From Coriobacteriia bacterium (GTDB lineage Bacteria > Actinomycetota > Coriobacteriia > Coriobacteriales > UMGS124), in NCBI GenBank assembly GCA_018368455.1, contig JAGZEG010000002.1, positions 198,949 to 262,948 of the forward strand: a DNA stretch of 64,000 nucleotides, written 5' to 3'. Under the pieces are notes generated by a model. It was not told the DNA's origin. It did no database searches and saw nothing but the letters and a program-made list of their open reading frames with translations. Positions 27,595 to 37,274 of this stretch are shown in pieces (position 1 is the stretch's first letter; each line of letters starts with the position of its first letter). Made by a program: the position numbers and the translations under genes.

Positions 27595-29364
27595 ATGCGT
27601 TTCATCTTCTCGTACGCCCGACGCCATGCGCCCATGATGCTCGTAGCCATCCTTTTCCTCTCCGTCGAGACGATGGCCGACCTACTGCAGCCCACGATGA
27701 TGTCGTTCATCGTCGACAACGGCGTGCAGAGCGCTGACGTGCGCCAGATCCTGCGATACGGCGCCATCATGCTGCTCATCGCCGCAGCTGGCGCCGGCGC
27801 GGCCTTTATGCGCAACAACCTGTCGAGCCGTGTGTCGCAAAGCGTTGGCCGCGAGATCCGCTCTGACGCCTACCGCAAGGTGCAGACACTCTCGTTCGAG
27901 AACATCGATCGCCTCAAGCCCGCCTCCCTCATCACGCGGCTCACCAACGACATCACCGTCATCGTCGAGTTCGTGAACTCCACGATGCGCCTCGCCGTAA
28001 AGACGCCGCTGACGGCCATCGGCGCCTTCGTGCTGCTCGTCATGCAGTCGCCGCAGCAGACGCCCGTCATCCTCGTGCTTATGGCCGTCGCCGTCGCGCT
28101 CATCACACTCATGACGCGCCTTTCCCGCCCGCGCTTCGCCCGCCAGCAGCGCGCCATGGACGGGCTGAACGACGTCAGCCGCGAATACCTCTCGTCGGTG
28201 CGCGTCGTCAAGGCGTTCGGCGCGGAGGCCCGCGAGCAGACACGTTTCGAGAGTGCCGCCTCGACGCTCGCACTCGCCGCGACGGCGGCCATGCGCGTCC
28301 CGGCCGTCATCGGGCCCGCGCTCAACCTCGCTGCCAACCTGGGCATTGTCGTGTTGCTGTGGATCTCGCAGGCACAGGATCCCGGCCAGATCGGCCGCCT
28401 CATGGCCAGCGTCAACTACACGACGCAGATCGTCATGTCGCTCGGCATGGTCGGCGGCGTACTCAACGGCGCGATGCGGGCGCTGACCTCCGCAGGCCGC
28501 GTGCAGGAGATCATGGACGAGACGCCGGCCCAAAGCGTACCCGCCGACCCCGAGCCCCTCACCGAGCCCCACGGCGACATCGAGCTGCGCTCCGTGAGCT
28601 TTCGCTATGCCGGCGCTACGCACGACGCGCTGTCGGACGTGAGCCTCAGCGTCCAGGCCGGCCAGACCGTCGGCATCATCGGGCCCACCGGCTCGGGCAA
28701 ATCGACGCTCGTGAGCCTCGTGCCGCGCTTCTACGACGCCACGAGCGGCACGGTCCTGCTCGACGGTCACGACGTCACTCAGCTTGCAGAAGAAGACCTG
28801 CGCGCCGTCATCGCCGTCGTGCCGCAGCGAGCCGTTCTGTTCACCGGCACAATCGCCGACAACCTGCGCTGGGGCGACGAGGGCGCGTCCGACGACCAGC
28901 TGTGGGATGCCCTGCGCACAGCCTGTGCCGACGAGTTCGTGCGCGCCCTGCCCGACGGGCTGGACGCCCAGCTCGGTCAAGGTGGCGTCAACCTGTCCGG
29001 CGGTCAGAAGCAGCGCCTCTGCCTGGCGCGTGCCCTACTGCGCAGGCCTCGCGTACTTATTCTCGACGACTGCACGAGCGCGCTGGACGCCTCGACGGAG
29101 GCCCACGTGCTCGAGGGGCTGCGTGCCCGAGGCGAGCAAGGCGGCCTCACGATGCTGCTCATCAGCCAGCGCATATCCACCGTGCGGCGCGCCGACGTCG
29201 TACTCTGCCTCGAAAAGGGCCGCGTGCAGGGACTGGGCACGCACGACGAGCTCATGGCGGGCTGCGCGACATACCGCGCGATCTACGAGTCGCAGGTCGG
29301 CGAGCCCGAGCCCGCCGGGACGAGCGTCGCCCCCGCGCAGGGAGGTGCCTCCCATGGCGCATAG
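27595..29364 (+). CDS. ABC exporter, fused permease/ATPase (heterodimer subunit 1)
   Basis: Six-TM ABC_membrane region, then Walker A GPTGSGKST, signature LSGGQKQR and Walker B ILILDDCTSALD. Confidence 0.9.
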   Translation: MRFIFSYARRHAPMMLVAILFLSVETMADLLQPTMMSFIVDNGVQSADVRQILRYGAIMLLIAAAGAGAAFMRNNLSSRVSQSVGREIRSDAYRKVQTLSFENIDRLKPASLITRLTNDITVIVEFVNSTMRLAVKTPLTAIGAFVLLVMQSPQQTPVILVLMAVAVALITLMTRLSRPRFARQQRAMDGLNDVSREYLSSVRVVKAFGAEAREQTRFESAASTLALAATAAMRVPAVIGPALNLAANLGIVVLLWISQAQDPGQIGRLMASVNYTTQIVMSLGMVGGVLNGAMRALTSAGRVQEIMDETPAQSVPADPEPLTEPHGDIELRSVSFRYAGATHDALSDVSLSVQAGQTVGIIGPTGSGKSTLVSLVPRFYDATSGTVLLDGHDVTQLAEEDLRAVIAVVPQRAVLFTGTIADNLRWGDEGASDDQLWDALRTACADEFVRALPDGLDAQLGQGGVNLSGGQKQRLCLARALLRRPRVLILDDCTSALDASTEAHVLEGLRARGEQGGLTMLLISQRISTVRRADVVLCLEKGRVQGLGTHDELMAGCATYRAIYESQVGEPEPAGTSVAPAQGGASHGA

Positions 29365-31192
29365 CCCCGTCCCCGGCCCCGGTGGCCGCCCCGACCACCG
29401 GGCGATGCGCTACGGCAAGAAGGTCCGCCCCCGCGACGCCCGCGCCACGGTCCGGCGCCTCTGGGGCTTCACGCGCGGCCATCGCACAGCCCTGCTCGGC
29501 ATATTCGCGTTGGGAGGGGGCTGCGCGCTCGCCCCGGTGCTCTCGCCGCTGCTCGTGGGGCGCGCCATCGATGCCATCAACCTGCACGGACCCGTCGCCA
29601 CGACGCTCGGCCTGCTGCTCGCCGTCTACGTGGGCGGCTATCTCTCCAACTTCCTGCAGGGCTTCGTCATGGCTGGCGTGGGCCAGCGCATCGTGCGCGA
29701 CATCCGTCTGCGCCTGTTCGCCGACATGGAGCGCCTGCCCCTCGCGTTCTTCGACCGCCGTCAACACGGCGATCTCATGAGCCGCATCTCCAACGACGTC
29801 GACAACATCTCGACGACGCTCGCCGAGTCGCTCGCCCAGATCATGGTGTACGTGTTTTCCATCGGAGGCGCGCTGGCCGCGATGCTCTCGCTCAACGTGC
29901 TGCTCACCGGCGTCACGCTTCTGGCCGTCGTGCTCATCCTTGGCTTCAGCCGGCTCATCACCCGGCACACCCGGCCGCTGTTCCTGCGCCAGCAGAGCGT
30001 GCTCGGCCAGCTCAACGGCCACGTCGAGGAGAGCGTCTCCGGTCTGGCGCTCGTCAAGGCCTTCGGCCGCGAGCAGGCGATGATCGACGCGTTCGAGCAG
30101 GCCAACGAGCAGTACCGCGACACGGCCGTGCGTGCCCTCGTGTGGTCGGGCCTGCTCATGCCGTTCACGAACGTCATCAACAACCTGTCGTTTCTCAACG
30201 TCGCCGTCGTCAGCGGCATCCTCGCCTCGCAAGGGCTCATCGGCGTCGGGCTCATCTCGAGCTTCCTGCTGTACTCGCGGCAGTTCACCCGGCCGTTCGT
30301 CGACATCGCAAGCATCTACAACCGGCTGCAGTCGGCCCTGGCCGGCGCCGAGCGCGTCTTCGAGGTCATGGACGAGCAGCCTGAGCCGCCCGACAGCCCG
30401 GAAGCCCTGCCCCTGGATCGCCCGCGCGGCGACATCGCCATCGAGCACGTGACGTTCGGCTACGACCCGGCGCGCCCCGTGCTGCGCGACGTGAGCCTGC
30501 AGGTGTCGGCAGGGACGCGCGTGGCCATCGTCGGGCAGACGGGCTCGGGCAAGACGACGCTCATCAACCTGCTGACGCGCTTTTACGACGTCGACGAGGG
30601 CCGCATCCTGCTCGACGGCCACGACCTGCGCGCCTACCGCATGGCGGACTTGCGTCGAGCGTTCGGGTCCGTGCTGCAAGACCCCTCGCTGTTCAGCGCC
30701 ACCGTCACGGAAAACATCTGCTACGGGCGGGAGTTCACCTCGCCGCAGGCAGCACGGGAGGCGGCAACCCGCGCTGCGGAGGCAACCAGCGCCGACGCGT
30801 TCATCCGCCAGCTTCCCCAGGGCTACGACACGGTACTCGAGGGCGGTGGTGCGGCGTTGTCCCAGGGGGAGCGCCAGCTGCTCACGATTGCGCGGGCATT
30901 CGTGGCCGACGCACCCATTCTCATTCTGGACGAGGCGACGAGCTCGGTGGACACGCTGACGGAGCGCGCGATCCGCGCTGCCATGTTCGAGCTCACACGC
31001 GGGCGAACGTCGTTCGTCATCGCACACCGGCTGTCGACCGTGCGAGACTCGGACCTCATTGTCGTTTTGGACAAAGGGCAAATCGTCGAGCGAGGCACGC
31101 ACGAGGAGCTGCTGGCAGCAGGCGGGCGCTACGCCCAGATGTGGCGCACACAGAGCGGGGAGGACGAGACGGGCACCCACGCCCAAAACTAA
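29354..31192 (+). CDS. ABC exporter, fused permease/ATPase (heterodimer subunit 2)
   Basis: ATG 29354 overlaps the upstream stop by 11 nt. Walker A GQTGSGKTT, signature LSQGERQL, Walker B ILILDEATSSVD. Confidence 0.9.
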   Translation: MAHSPVPGPGGRPDHRAMRYGKKVRPRDARATVRRLWGFTRGHRTALLGIFALGGGCALAPVLSPLLVGRAIDAINLHGPVATTLGLLLAVYVGGYLSNFLQGFVMAGVGQRIVRDIRLRLFADMERLPLAFFDRRQHGDLMSRISNDVDNISTTLAESLAQIMVYVFSIGGALAAMLSLNVLLTGVTLLAVVLILGFSRLITRHTRPLFLRQQSVLGQLNGHVEESVSGLALVKAFGREQAMIDAFEQANEQYRDTAVRALVWSGLLMPFTNVINNLSFLNVAVVSGILASQGLIGVGLISSFLLYSRQFTRPFVDIASIYNRLQSALAGAERVFEVMDEQPEPPDSPEALPLDRPRGDIAIEHVTFGYDPARPVLRDVSLQVSAGTRVAIVGQTGSGKTTLINLLTRFYDVDEGRILLDGHDLRAYRMADLRRAFGSVLQDPSLFSATVTENICYGREFTSPQAAREAATRAAEATSADAFIRQLPQGYDTVLEGGGAALSQGERQLLTIARAFVADAPILILDEATSSVDTLTERAIRAAMFELTRGRTSFVIAHRLSTVRDSDLIVVLDKGQIVERGTHEELLAAGGRYAQMWRTQSGEDETGTHAQN

Positions 31193-31222
31193 CCTCTTAC
31201 ACCAAGACACATGCCATTTTTC

Positions 31223-31250
31223 TTGAAATGTGATTGCCTATTACTATAAT
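31223..31250 (+). promoter_or_regulatory. Sigma-70-type promoter candidate (TTGAAA-16-TATAAT)
   Basis: Near-consensus hexamers in an AT-rich gap about 100 nt upstream of ATG 31351. Confidence 0.5.
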
Positions 31251-31350
31251 CGCTCTCGTATTACACATAAAACTGGCAGGCCATTTTCAGTTTCCGGGCT
31301 GTCTGGTGAGACGGTCTCGCGCCGCGCCACACCTTCGAAAGCGATGAACC

Positions 31351-32832
31351 ATGGCACAGGTATCAACCCACAGCGTCGTCGTCATCGGAGCGGGAGTCTT
31401 GGGCTGCGCGGTAGCCCGGGAGCTTTCTCACCTCGACACGGACGTCTTGGTCCTCGAACGTGCGCACGACGTAGGAGAAGGGTCAAGCAAGGCGAACAGC
31501 GGCGTCGTCCATGCAGGCTTCCACCCGCGCGGAGGCTCGCTCAAGGGCACCTCGTGCGTGGAAGGAAACGCCCTGTTCGATAAGCTGACGACCGAGCTTG
31601 ACATCCCATTTCGCCGAATCGGCGCCCTGATGGTCGCTTTTGAGCGCTCCGGCATCGACAAGCTCGAGGAAAAGCGAGCCCGCGCCGCACTCAACGGGGC
31701 CGGCACGCTCCCCATCGTGTCGGGCGACGAGGCCCGCGCTCTTGAGCCACGCCTCTCGCCCGGAGTCATCTCGGCGATGCTCGCCCCCTCAACCGGCATC
31801 GTCTCGCCCTTTGAGCTCGTGCTCGCGCTTGCCCAAAACGCCCAGGCAAACGGCGTCTCCTTCAGATTCGGGGCAAACGTCGTCTCGATCAGCCGGCTCC
31901 CCGCGGACGATCCCGAAGGCCCTCGCTGGAGTCTCTCGCTCGATGACGGCACGACCGTGCAGACACGCTTCGTCGTCAACGCGGCCGGCGACCAGGCCGA
32001 GCTACTCGACTCCTTCGTTCATCCCCAGGACTACGTCGTTCGCCCTCGCGCCGGAGACTTCGTCGTGTTCGACAAGCAGGTGCCCAAGACGGCGATTCGC
32101 CACGTCATCTACCAGGCAGGAGAGCATGACGAGGGAGGGGTGCTGCTCGCTCCCACCGTCTCCGGCAATCTGCTCGCCGGCCCGACGTCACGCAACGTGC
32201 GCTCGTTCTCAGATACAGGTGCCTCGCCCGAGGGCTTCGCCCACGTCCTCTCCGTAGCTCGCCATCTCATCCCCTCTCTCGATACGAGGCGCGTCATCAC
32301 GGGGTTTGCCGGTGTGCGCACCAACATCACCAACGTCAGCAAAGAGATCAAAGACTTCATCGTGCGCACGTCTGCCCCCGGCTTCGTGAGCGCGCTGGGC
32401 ATCAAGAATCCGGGGCTCACGGCCTCCCCCGCCCTCGCCAAGCGCGCAGTCGCCCTCTTGCGCGAGGAAGGCCTCGTCGCACGCGAACGCACGGGCTGGC
32501 TCCCCCAAAGGACGCGCTACGTACCCTTTCTCTCCCGTAGCGAGGAGGAGCAGGCCCGCCTCGCGCGAGAAGACCCGTCGTTCGACCACGTCATATGCCG
32601 TTGCGAGCTCGTGACCGAAGGAGACGTGAGGGCCGTCATGCGCGGGCCACTGCCGCCCTCGACCATCGCCGGCATGCGCCGCAGGCTGCGCTGCGGAATG
32701 GGCCGCTGCCAGGGCGGCTTCTGTCTGCCTCGCGTCCTGGCCATCATGGCCGACGAGCTGGGCGTCCCTGCCGAACAGGTCCCCTGGGGAGAGGGCGGCG
32801 CATCGCTGTCCTCTCGAAAGGTCAAGCGATGA
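31351..32832 (+). CDS. FAD-dependent oxidoreductase, GlpA-like (glycerol-3-phosphate dehydrogenase family) with BFD-like [2Fe-2S] domain
   Basis: VVVIGAGVLGCAVARELS..LERAHDVGEGSSKANSGVVHAG is a DAO-type FAD motif. C-terminal CRCELVTEGDV..RCGMGRCQGGFC is a BFD-like Cys pattern. Confidence 0.75.
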   Translation: MAQVSTHSVVVIGAGVLGCAVARELSHLDTDVLVLERAHDVGEGSSKANSGVVHAGFHPRGGSLKGTSCVEGNALFDKLTTELDIPFRRIGALMVAFERSGIDKLEEKRARAALNGAGTLPIVSGDEARALEPRLSPGVISAMLAPSTGIVSPFELVLALAQNAQANGVSFRFGANVVSISRLPADDPEGPRWSLSLDDGTTVQTRFVVNAAGDQAELLDSFVHPQDYVVRPRAGDFVVFDKQVPKTAIRHVIYQAGEHDEGGVLLAPTVSGNLLAGPTSRNVRSFSDTGASPEGFAHVLSVARHLIPSLDTRRVITGFAGVRTNITNVSKEIKDFIVRTSAPGFVSALGIKNPGLTASPALAKRAVALLREEGLVARERTGWLPQRTRYVPFLSRSEEEQARLAREDPSFDHVICRCELVTEGDVRAVMRGPLPPSTIAGMRRRLRCGMGRCQGGFCLPRVLAIMADELGVPAEQVPWGEGGASLSSRKVKR

Positions 32833-32849
32833 GGGCGGAGGAGGCCGCC

Positions 32850-34397
32850 ATGGCCACAGACGCAAGCATGGACGCAATCGATGTCGTCGTCATCGGCGCA
32901 GGCCCGGCGGGGCTCGCCGCAGCGGTTGCCGCAAGGGAGGCGGGGGCACGCGACGTGCTCGTCCTCGAACGAGACGACGCCCCGGGAGGCATTCTCACCC
33001 AGTGCGTCCACGACGGCTTTGGCCTGCACCTCTGTCGGCGCTCTCTCACCGGCCCGGAATACGCCGCCCTCTGGGAGGCCCGGGCGCGCGACGCGGGCGC
33101 CCGCATCGCCCTGCGCTCCCTCTGCGTCGGCGTCAGCCGCCTTGGCGACGGAAGGCTGTGCGTGGAGGCGGTGGGCCAGGCGCTCGGCGGCCACGTGCGT
33201 CTTGTCGCGCGCAGCGTGGTGGTGGCGACGGGGTGTCGCGAGCGCACGCGCGGCCAGCTGCTCATCCCCGGGACGCGTCCTGCCGGCGTCCTGACGGCGG
33301 GGTCTGCCCAGCGCATGGTCAACGTCGAGAACCAGCTGCCCGGAGACAAGGCAGTCATCCTTGGGGCCGGCGACATCGGCCTCATCATGGCGCGCAGGCT
33401 CACGCTGGAGGGGGCGCAGGTGCGCCTCGTGCTCGGACAAGCCCTCACGGGGTTGTTACGCAACCAGATCCGCTGCGCCCAGGACTTTGGCGTGCCCGTG
33501 CTTCCCGGCTGGGGCATCGCCCGCATCCACGGATCCGGCCGGCTCAGCGGTGTCTCCATCGCCCCCATGAGAGAGGACGGCAGCCTCGACCTCGCCCGGC
33601 GGCGCTACGTCCGCTGCAACACGCTGCTGCTCGCCTGTGGCCTGATCCCCGAGACCGAGGTGCTGGACGCCTTGGGCGACAGCGATCGCGAGGGCGTGTT
33701 CCTGTGCGGCAACGCCGCCGGCCCGCGCGACCTCGTCGACCAGGTGACGCAGCAGGCCCTGCTCGCCGGGGTGCGTGCCGCCGTGCACGCGCGGCCCGAA
33801 GCTGCCCGGACATCGGAAGGCGGTACGCCCGGTGCCCTCTCCGACGCGCAGCTTGCCCATCTGCTGCCAGAGGCCGACGGCCGCGCTGCCCTTATGGACA
33901 TCCCCGACCCCACGGGACGCGCTGGAACCTACCTTGAAGAGAGCGAGGGGCGTCCCCTTTCCCAGCCTGGAGAAACGGGCCCCCGCCCCAGCCCCGGCAT
34001 AGTCCATGTTCCCTGCACGGCCTGCCCCCGAGGCTGCGTCATCGACGTCCGCCCGGCGACGGCGGGCGAAGAGGCTCAGGTGCTCGCAGGCGCCGGCTGC
34101 CCACGAGGGCACCGGGAGGCCCTGAGGGAGCTGACAAACCCGCTGCGCACGTTCACCGGGACAGTGCGGCTCATGGGATCGAACCGACCGCTTCTGTCCG
34201 TACGCACCGCGCAGGACGTACCGCGCGAACTTCTGCTTCCCATCGCCCGGGCGTGCCGGCGCATCCGAGCGCACGCCCCCGTACACATCGGGGACGTCGT
34301 GAGGGCGGACGTGGCGGGCAGCGGAGTCGACCTCGTGGCGACAGCCGCTGCAGACGAGGTGCCGTCCCGTCCTGAAAGCGGGCCGTCGGGCGCATGA
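32850..34397 (+). CDS. Pyridine nucleotide-disulfide-type FAD oxidoreductase fused to a DUF1667-like C-terminal domain
   Basis: ATG 32850 with GGAGGAGG upstream (alt ATG 32829 overlaps the upstream stop). DVVVIGAGPAGLAAAVAAREAG, then C-terminal VPCTACPRGCVIDV...GAGCPRG..TVRL resembling DUF1667. Confidence 0.7.
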   Translation: MATDASMDAIDVVVIGAGPAGLAAAVAAREAGARDVLVLERDDAPGGILTQCVHDGFGLHLCRRSLTGPEYAALWEARARDAGARIALRSLCVGVSRLGDGRLCVEAVGQALGGHVRLVARSVVVATGCRERTRGQLLIPGTRPAGVLTAGSAQRMVNVENQLPGDKAVILGAGDIGLIMARRLTLEGAQVRLVLGQALTGLLRNQIRCAQDFGVPVLPGWGIARIHGSGRLSGVSIAPMREDGSLDLARRRYVRCNTLLLACGLIPETEVLDALGDSDREGVFLCGNAAGPRDLVDQVTQQALLAGVRAAVHARPEAARTSEGGTPGALSDAQLAHLLPEADGRAALMDIPDPTGRAGTYLEESEGRPLSQPGETGPRPSPGIVHVPCTACPRGCVIDVRPATAGEEAQVLAGAGCPRGHREALRELTNPLRTFTGTVRLMGSNRPLLSVRTAQDVPRELLLPIARACRRIRAHAPVHIGDVVRADVAGSGVDLVATAAADEVPSRPESGPSGA

Positions 34398-34464
34398 CAA
34401 ACGCGAGGCCCACCGCCCCGGAAGCACCAAACCCCATTCGCTGGTCATACAGAAAGGATGGACA

Positions 34465-35967
34465 ATGAGCATCACGCAATCGAGAGAAATCGTCGGAAGC
34501 TCCGTGGGCATCGGGGGATGCGCGAGCGACGGCATCCCAGCTGCCCGCCTGACGCGTCGAAGCCTGGTCAAGTTCGCCGCCGCCATGGCGGTCACGGGGC
34601 TTGGCATCGGCGGCCTGGCGCGCGCAGCCGAGGCCTCGTCAAGCCAGCTCGACAAGCAGGCACGCGAGCTCACCGACTACCGCGGACGCACGGTCAGCGT
34701 CCCCGCCGAGGCACAGCGCATCGCCATCCTCGACTCGTTCTCGGGAGAAGTCGCCGTCATGATCGGGGTTGCCGAGCGCATCCTCGGGCTCCCGGGAGGC
34801 GTCGTCTCGGACAAGATCCTGCAGACAATCTATCCGGGACTCTCCGACGCCACCACGTACTCGGGAGGCTCGGTCAACGCCGAGGACCTCGTCGCACGTG
34901 GATGCGACCTCGCCATCGTCCGCGACGCCATGAACGACGACGAGAAGGCCCAGCTCGACCGTGTGAACATCCCCTATGTCATCGTGGGCTATGCCACGGT
35001 CGACGAGCAGCTTGACGCCATTCGACTCGTCGGTGAGGCGTGTGGCGGAGACGCTCAGCAGCGCGCCCAGGATCTTGCGACGTTCTATGCCCAGGTTGCC
35101 TCTGATGTCGAGGGGCGCGTCGCCGGCCTCGCACAAGACGAGCGCGCAAGCGTCTACCACAGCATCAATGACCCGCTGCTCACCGACGGCAACGAATCGC
35201 TGGGCGTCGACTGGATCACGAGGGCGGGGTGCCTCGACGTCTCTGCCGACGAGCCCTCGGGGTCGAACGGGGATTACACCACGACGATCGAGCAGCTCTA
35301 TATCTGGGAGCCGGACCTCATCGTTTGCAACGAGGCGGAGGCTGCCCAGGAGATTCTCTCTTCCGACGCGTGGGCCGGCCTGGGCGCCGTGTCCCGGGGC
35401 GAGGTCCACGTCATCCCGACGGGGGCGACGCGCTGGGGCCAGCGCGGAAGTGCCGAGACGAGCCTTGGCATGCTCTGGCTCGGGTGCACCGTCTACCCCG
35501 ACCTGTTCGCCGACGTCGACCTGCAGGCCGTCGTGACCGACTACTACGCGAAGTACCTGGGCGTAACGGTTGATGACGCCCTCTATCAGCAGATGATCTC
35601 CGGCCAGGGCATCCGCTCGGGAGGCGGCGGGAACGGAAGCGGCAACGGGAGTGGTAATGGCGGCGGGAACGGCTCCGGCGGCGGGCGCGGTAACGGGTCC
35701 GGCGGCGGCAACGGAGGCGGTAACGGCTCGGGTGGTGGTAACGGCTCCGGGAACGGAGGAGGCAACGGCTCGGGTGGTAGCAACGGGTCTGGCGGCGGAC
35801 GGGGCGATGGTTCCGGCGGCGGGAACGGCTCGGGCAACGGAGGCGGGAACGGCTCCGGTGGCGGAAACGGATCGGGGCGCGGTAACGGCTCCGGTGGTGG
35901 TAATGGCGGGGGCAACGGCTCCGGCGGTGGCAATGGCGGCGGGAACGGCAACGGAGGCGGAAACTAA
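34465..35967 (+). CDS. Tat-signal ABC substrate-binding protein (siderophore/cobalamin PBP type) with ~125-aa Gly/Asn/Ser low-complexity C-terminal tail
   Basis: LTRRSLVKFAAAMAVTGLGIGGLARAAEA signal. RTVSVPAEAQRIAILDSFSGEVAVMIG..PDLIVC.. is a Peripla_BP_2-like core. The last ~345 nt encode (GNGSG/GGGNG)n in frame. Confidence 0.75.
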   Translation: MSITQSREIVGSSVGIGGCASDGIPAARLTRRSLVKFAAAMAVTGLGIGGLARAAEASSSQLDKQARELTDYRGRTVSVPAEAQRIAILDSFSGEVAVMIGVAERILGLPGGVVSDKILQTIYPGLSDATTYSGGSVNAEDLVARGCDLAIVRDAMNDDEKAQLDRVNIPYVIVGYATVDEQLDAIRLVGEACGGDAQQRAQDLATFYAQVASDVEGRVAGLAQDERASVYHSINDPLLTDGNESLGVDWITRAGCLDVSADEPSGSNGDYTTTIEQLYIWEPDLIVCNEAEAAQEILSSDAWAGLGAVSRGEVHVIPTGATRWGQRGSAETSLGMLWLGCTVYPDLFADVDLQAVVTDYYAKYLGVTVDDALYQQMISGQGIRSGGGGNGSGNGSGNGGGNGSGGGRGNGSGGGNGGGNGSGGGNGSGNGGGNGSGGSNGSGGGRGDGSGGGNGSGNGGGNGSGGGNGSGRGNGSGGGNGGGNGSGGGNGGGNGNGGGN

Positions 35968-37274
35968 TGACATTGCCCGGTGGCGATAGTCCTCGCAACT
36001 GCGGGAGAAGGAGCGCGGCGGGTGGCGCCAAGAGGGGAGGGGGACGCGACAGCCTCCTGTTCGACCAATCGGCCCGTCCCGACCCCGCCGATGCCCTGCG
36101 CGTAATCTGCTGTGTCGACGACACCGACGACCTGTCAGCGACGACGTCGACCGGTGCAGTCGCCGAGGAGATCGCTCGTCTGCTGCCCTCCCTCGGCGGG
36201 CGCGTCATGCTCGGCATTACACGCCACCAGCTCCTTCTCGCCCCGGGCGTCCCCTATACCTCGCACAATTCGGCGATGTGCTTTGAGGCACTGATGCCAA
36301 GGAGCTCATACGAGCGGTTCATCCCCCAGGCCGAGAGCATTATCCGCACAATGAGCGTCGAGGGCTCCGACCCCGGGATGTGCCTCGTGTGTCGAGATCG
36401 CCTGACGTCAGCGATTCCATCCCCCGCGCTTGAAGCGCCAGGGACAGACATGGATGCGATGGACTCCGCGGCCGCCTGTCCGGCCGAGGGGCCCACCGCC
36501 CTGGGCGTCGAAGACTTCTTGGCATTCGGCCAGGCCGCCAAGCGTCGCCCATGCACGAAAGAGGAGGCCTACGCCATTGCCGCAGCCTCCGACGCCATCC
36601 TCCTGCGCGAATACGGAGGGACCGGGGACGGTGTCATCGGCGCCCTTGCCGGGGCCGCCCTGCGCCTCGCCGGAAACGACGGGCACTTCCGCGGCATGTG
36701 GAACCTGGCCGAGCTGTGCGCAACGCCAATCTCCCAGAGCAACGTAGACGGGCGCCAAAAAGGTGCCCAGGCAGCCGCCCATTCGCACTCCGCCCCCGCC
36801 ATGACGGGGGCATCGGCAGCAACGCTGCCCGCCCTGCTCGTAATCGAGGCGCTTGAACCCCTCGTCGGAGGCCCCGTCGACGTCATCGACCGCAGCGGAT
36901 CGCCGCTGCCGAGAGAGGTGCCCGTCAGCCTCGTCAAGCGCGCAAAGCCCGTCCTCGCCCACTCGAAGCTCTCATTCATGTGCCGCGTCGAGAATGGGAT
37001 CGCCTTCCCTCTCGAGAAAGCCGGCCTCGACGACATGGCTGCCTCGAACATCGACGAGCGACTTGGGCTCGACTGCCCGCTATTCGAGCCCGACAACGAC
37101 CCGGAAGAGCGAGAAATTCGAACTGGCACCGAAGCTGCGGGGTGCATGGGTTGCCTGCATCGTCGCTGGACGGCGAACGGGTTCTCCTGCCTCGCCAAGC
37201 CCGGCTCTCACGACGAAGGCCCCTCCCTTGGCGCCCCGAGCCGGCCTGCCGACACCCAAGCGCCCGACTGGTAA
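35967..37274 (+). CDS. Hypothetical protein with N-terminal TiaS-kinase(TCKD)-like motifs and C-terminal Cys cluster
   Basis: ATG overlaps the upstream TAA (TAATGA) and GGAGGCGG lies upstream. VICCVDDTDDLSATTSTG, ITRHQLLLAPGVPYTSHNSAMCF and DPGMCLV parallel GIDDTDS..GMCTT, RLNP.IPYKTRGNGAVSF and NPGAVFV of archaeal TiaS as I recall it. Confidence 0.5.
   Translation: MTLPGGDSPRNCGRRSAAGGAKRGGGRDSLLFDQSARPDPADALRVICCVDDTDDLSATTSTGAVAEEIARLLPSLGGRVMLGITRHQLLLAPGVPYTSHNSAMCFEALMPRSSYERFIPQAESIIRTMSVEGSDPGMCLVCRDRLTSAIPSPALEAPGTDMDAMDSAAACPAEGPTALGVEDFLAFGQAAKRRPCTKEEAYAIAAASDAILLREYGGTGDGVIGALAGAALRLAGNDGHFRGMWNLAELCATPISQSNVDGRQKGAQAAAHSHSAPAMTGASAATLPALLVIEALEPLVGGPVDVIDRSGSPLPREVPVSLVKRAKPVLAHSKLSFMCRVENGIAFPLEKAGLDDMAASNIDERLGLDCPLFEPDNDPEEREIRTGTEAAGCMGCLHRRWTANGFSCLAKPGSHDEGPSLGAPSRPADTQAPDW

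Noticed and set aside
34398-34464. Cobalamin riboswitch upstream of the BtuF/FecB-type binding protein
   Set aside because: The gap is only ~68 nt and lacks a B12-box-like sequence.
35617-35964. Short tandem DNA repeats considered as CRISPR or a non-coding satellite
   Set aside because: Units are ~15-45 nt without unique spacers, and the tract is in frame with and terminates the SBP ORF. It is interpreted as a coding low-complexity tail.
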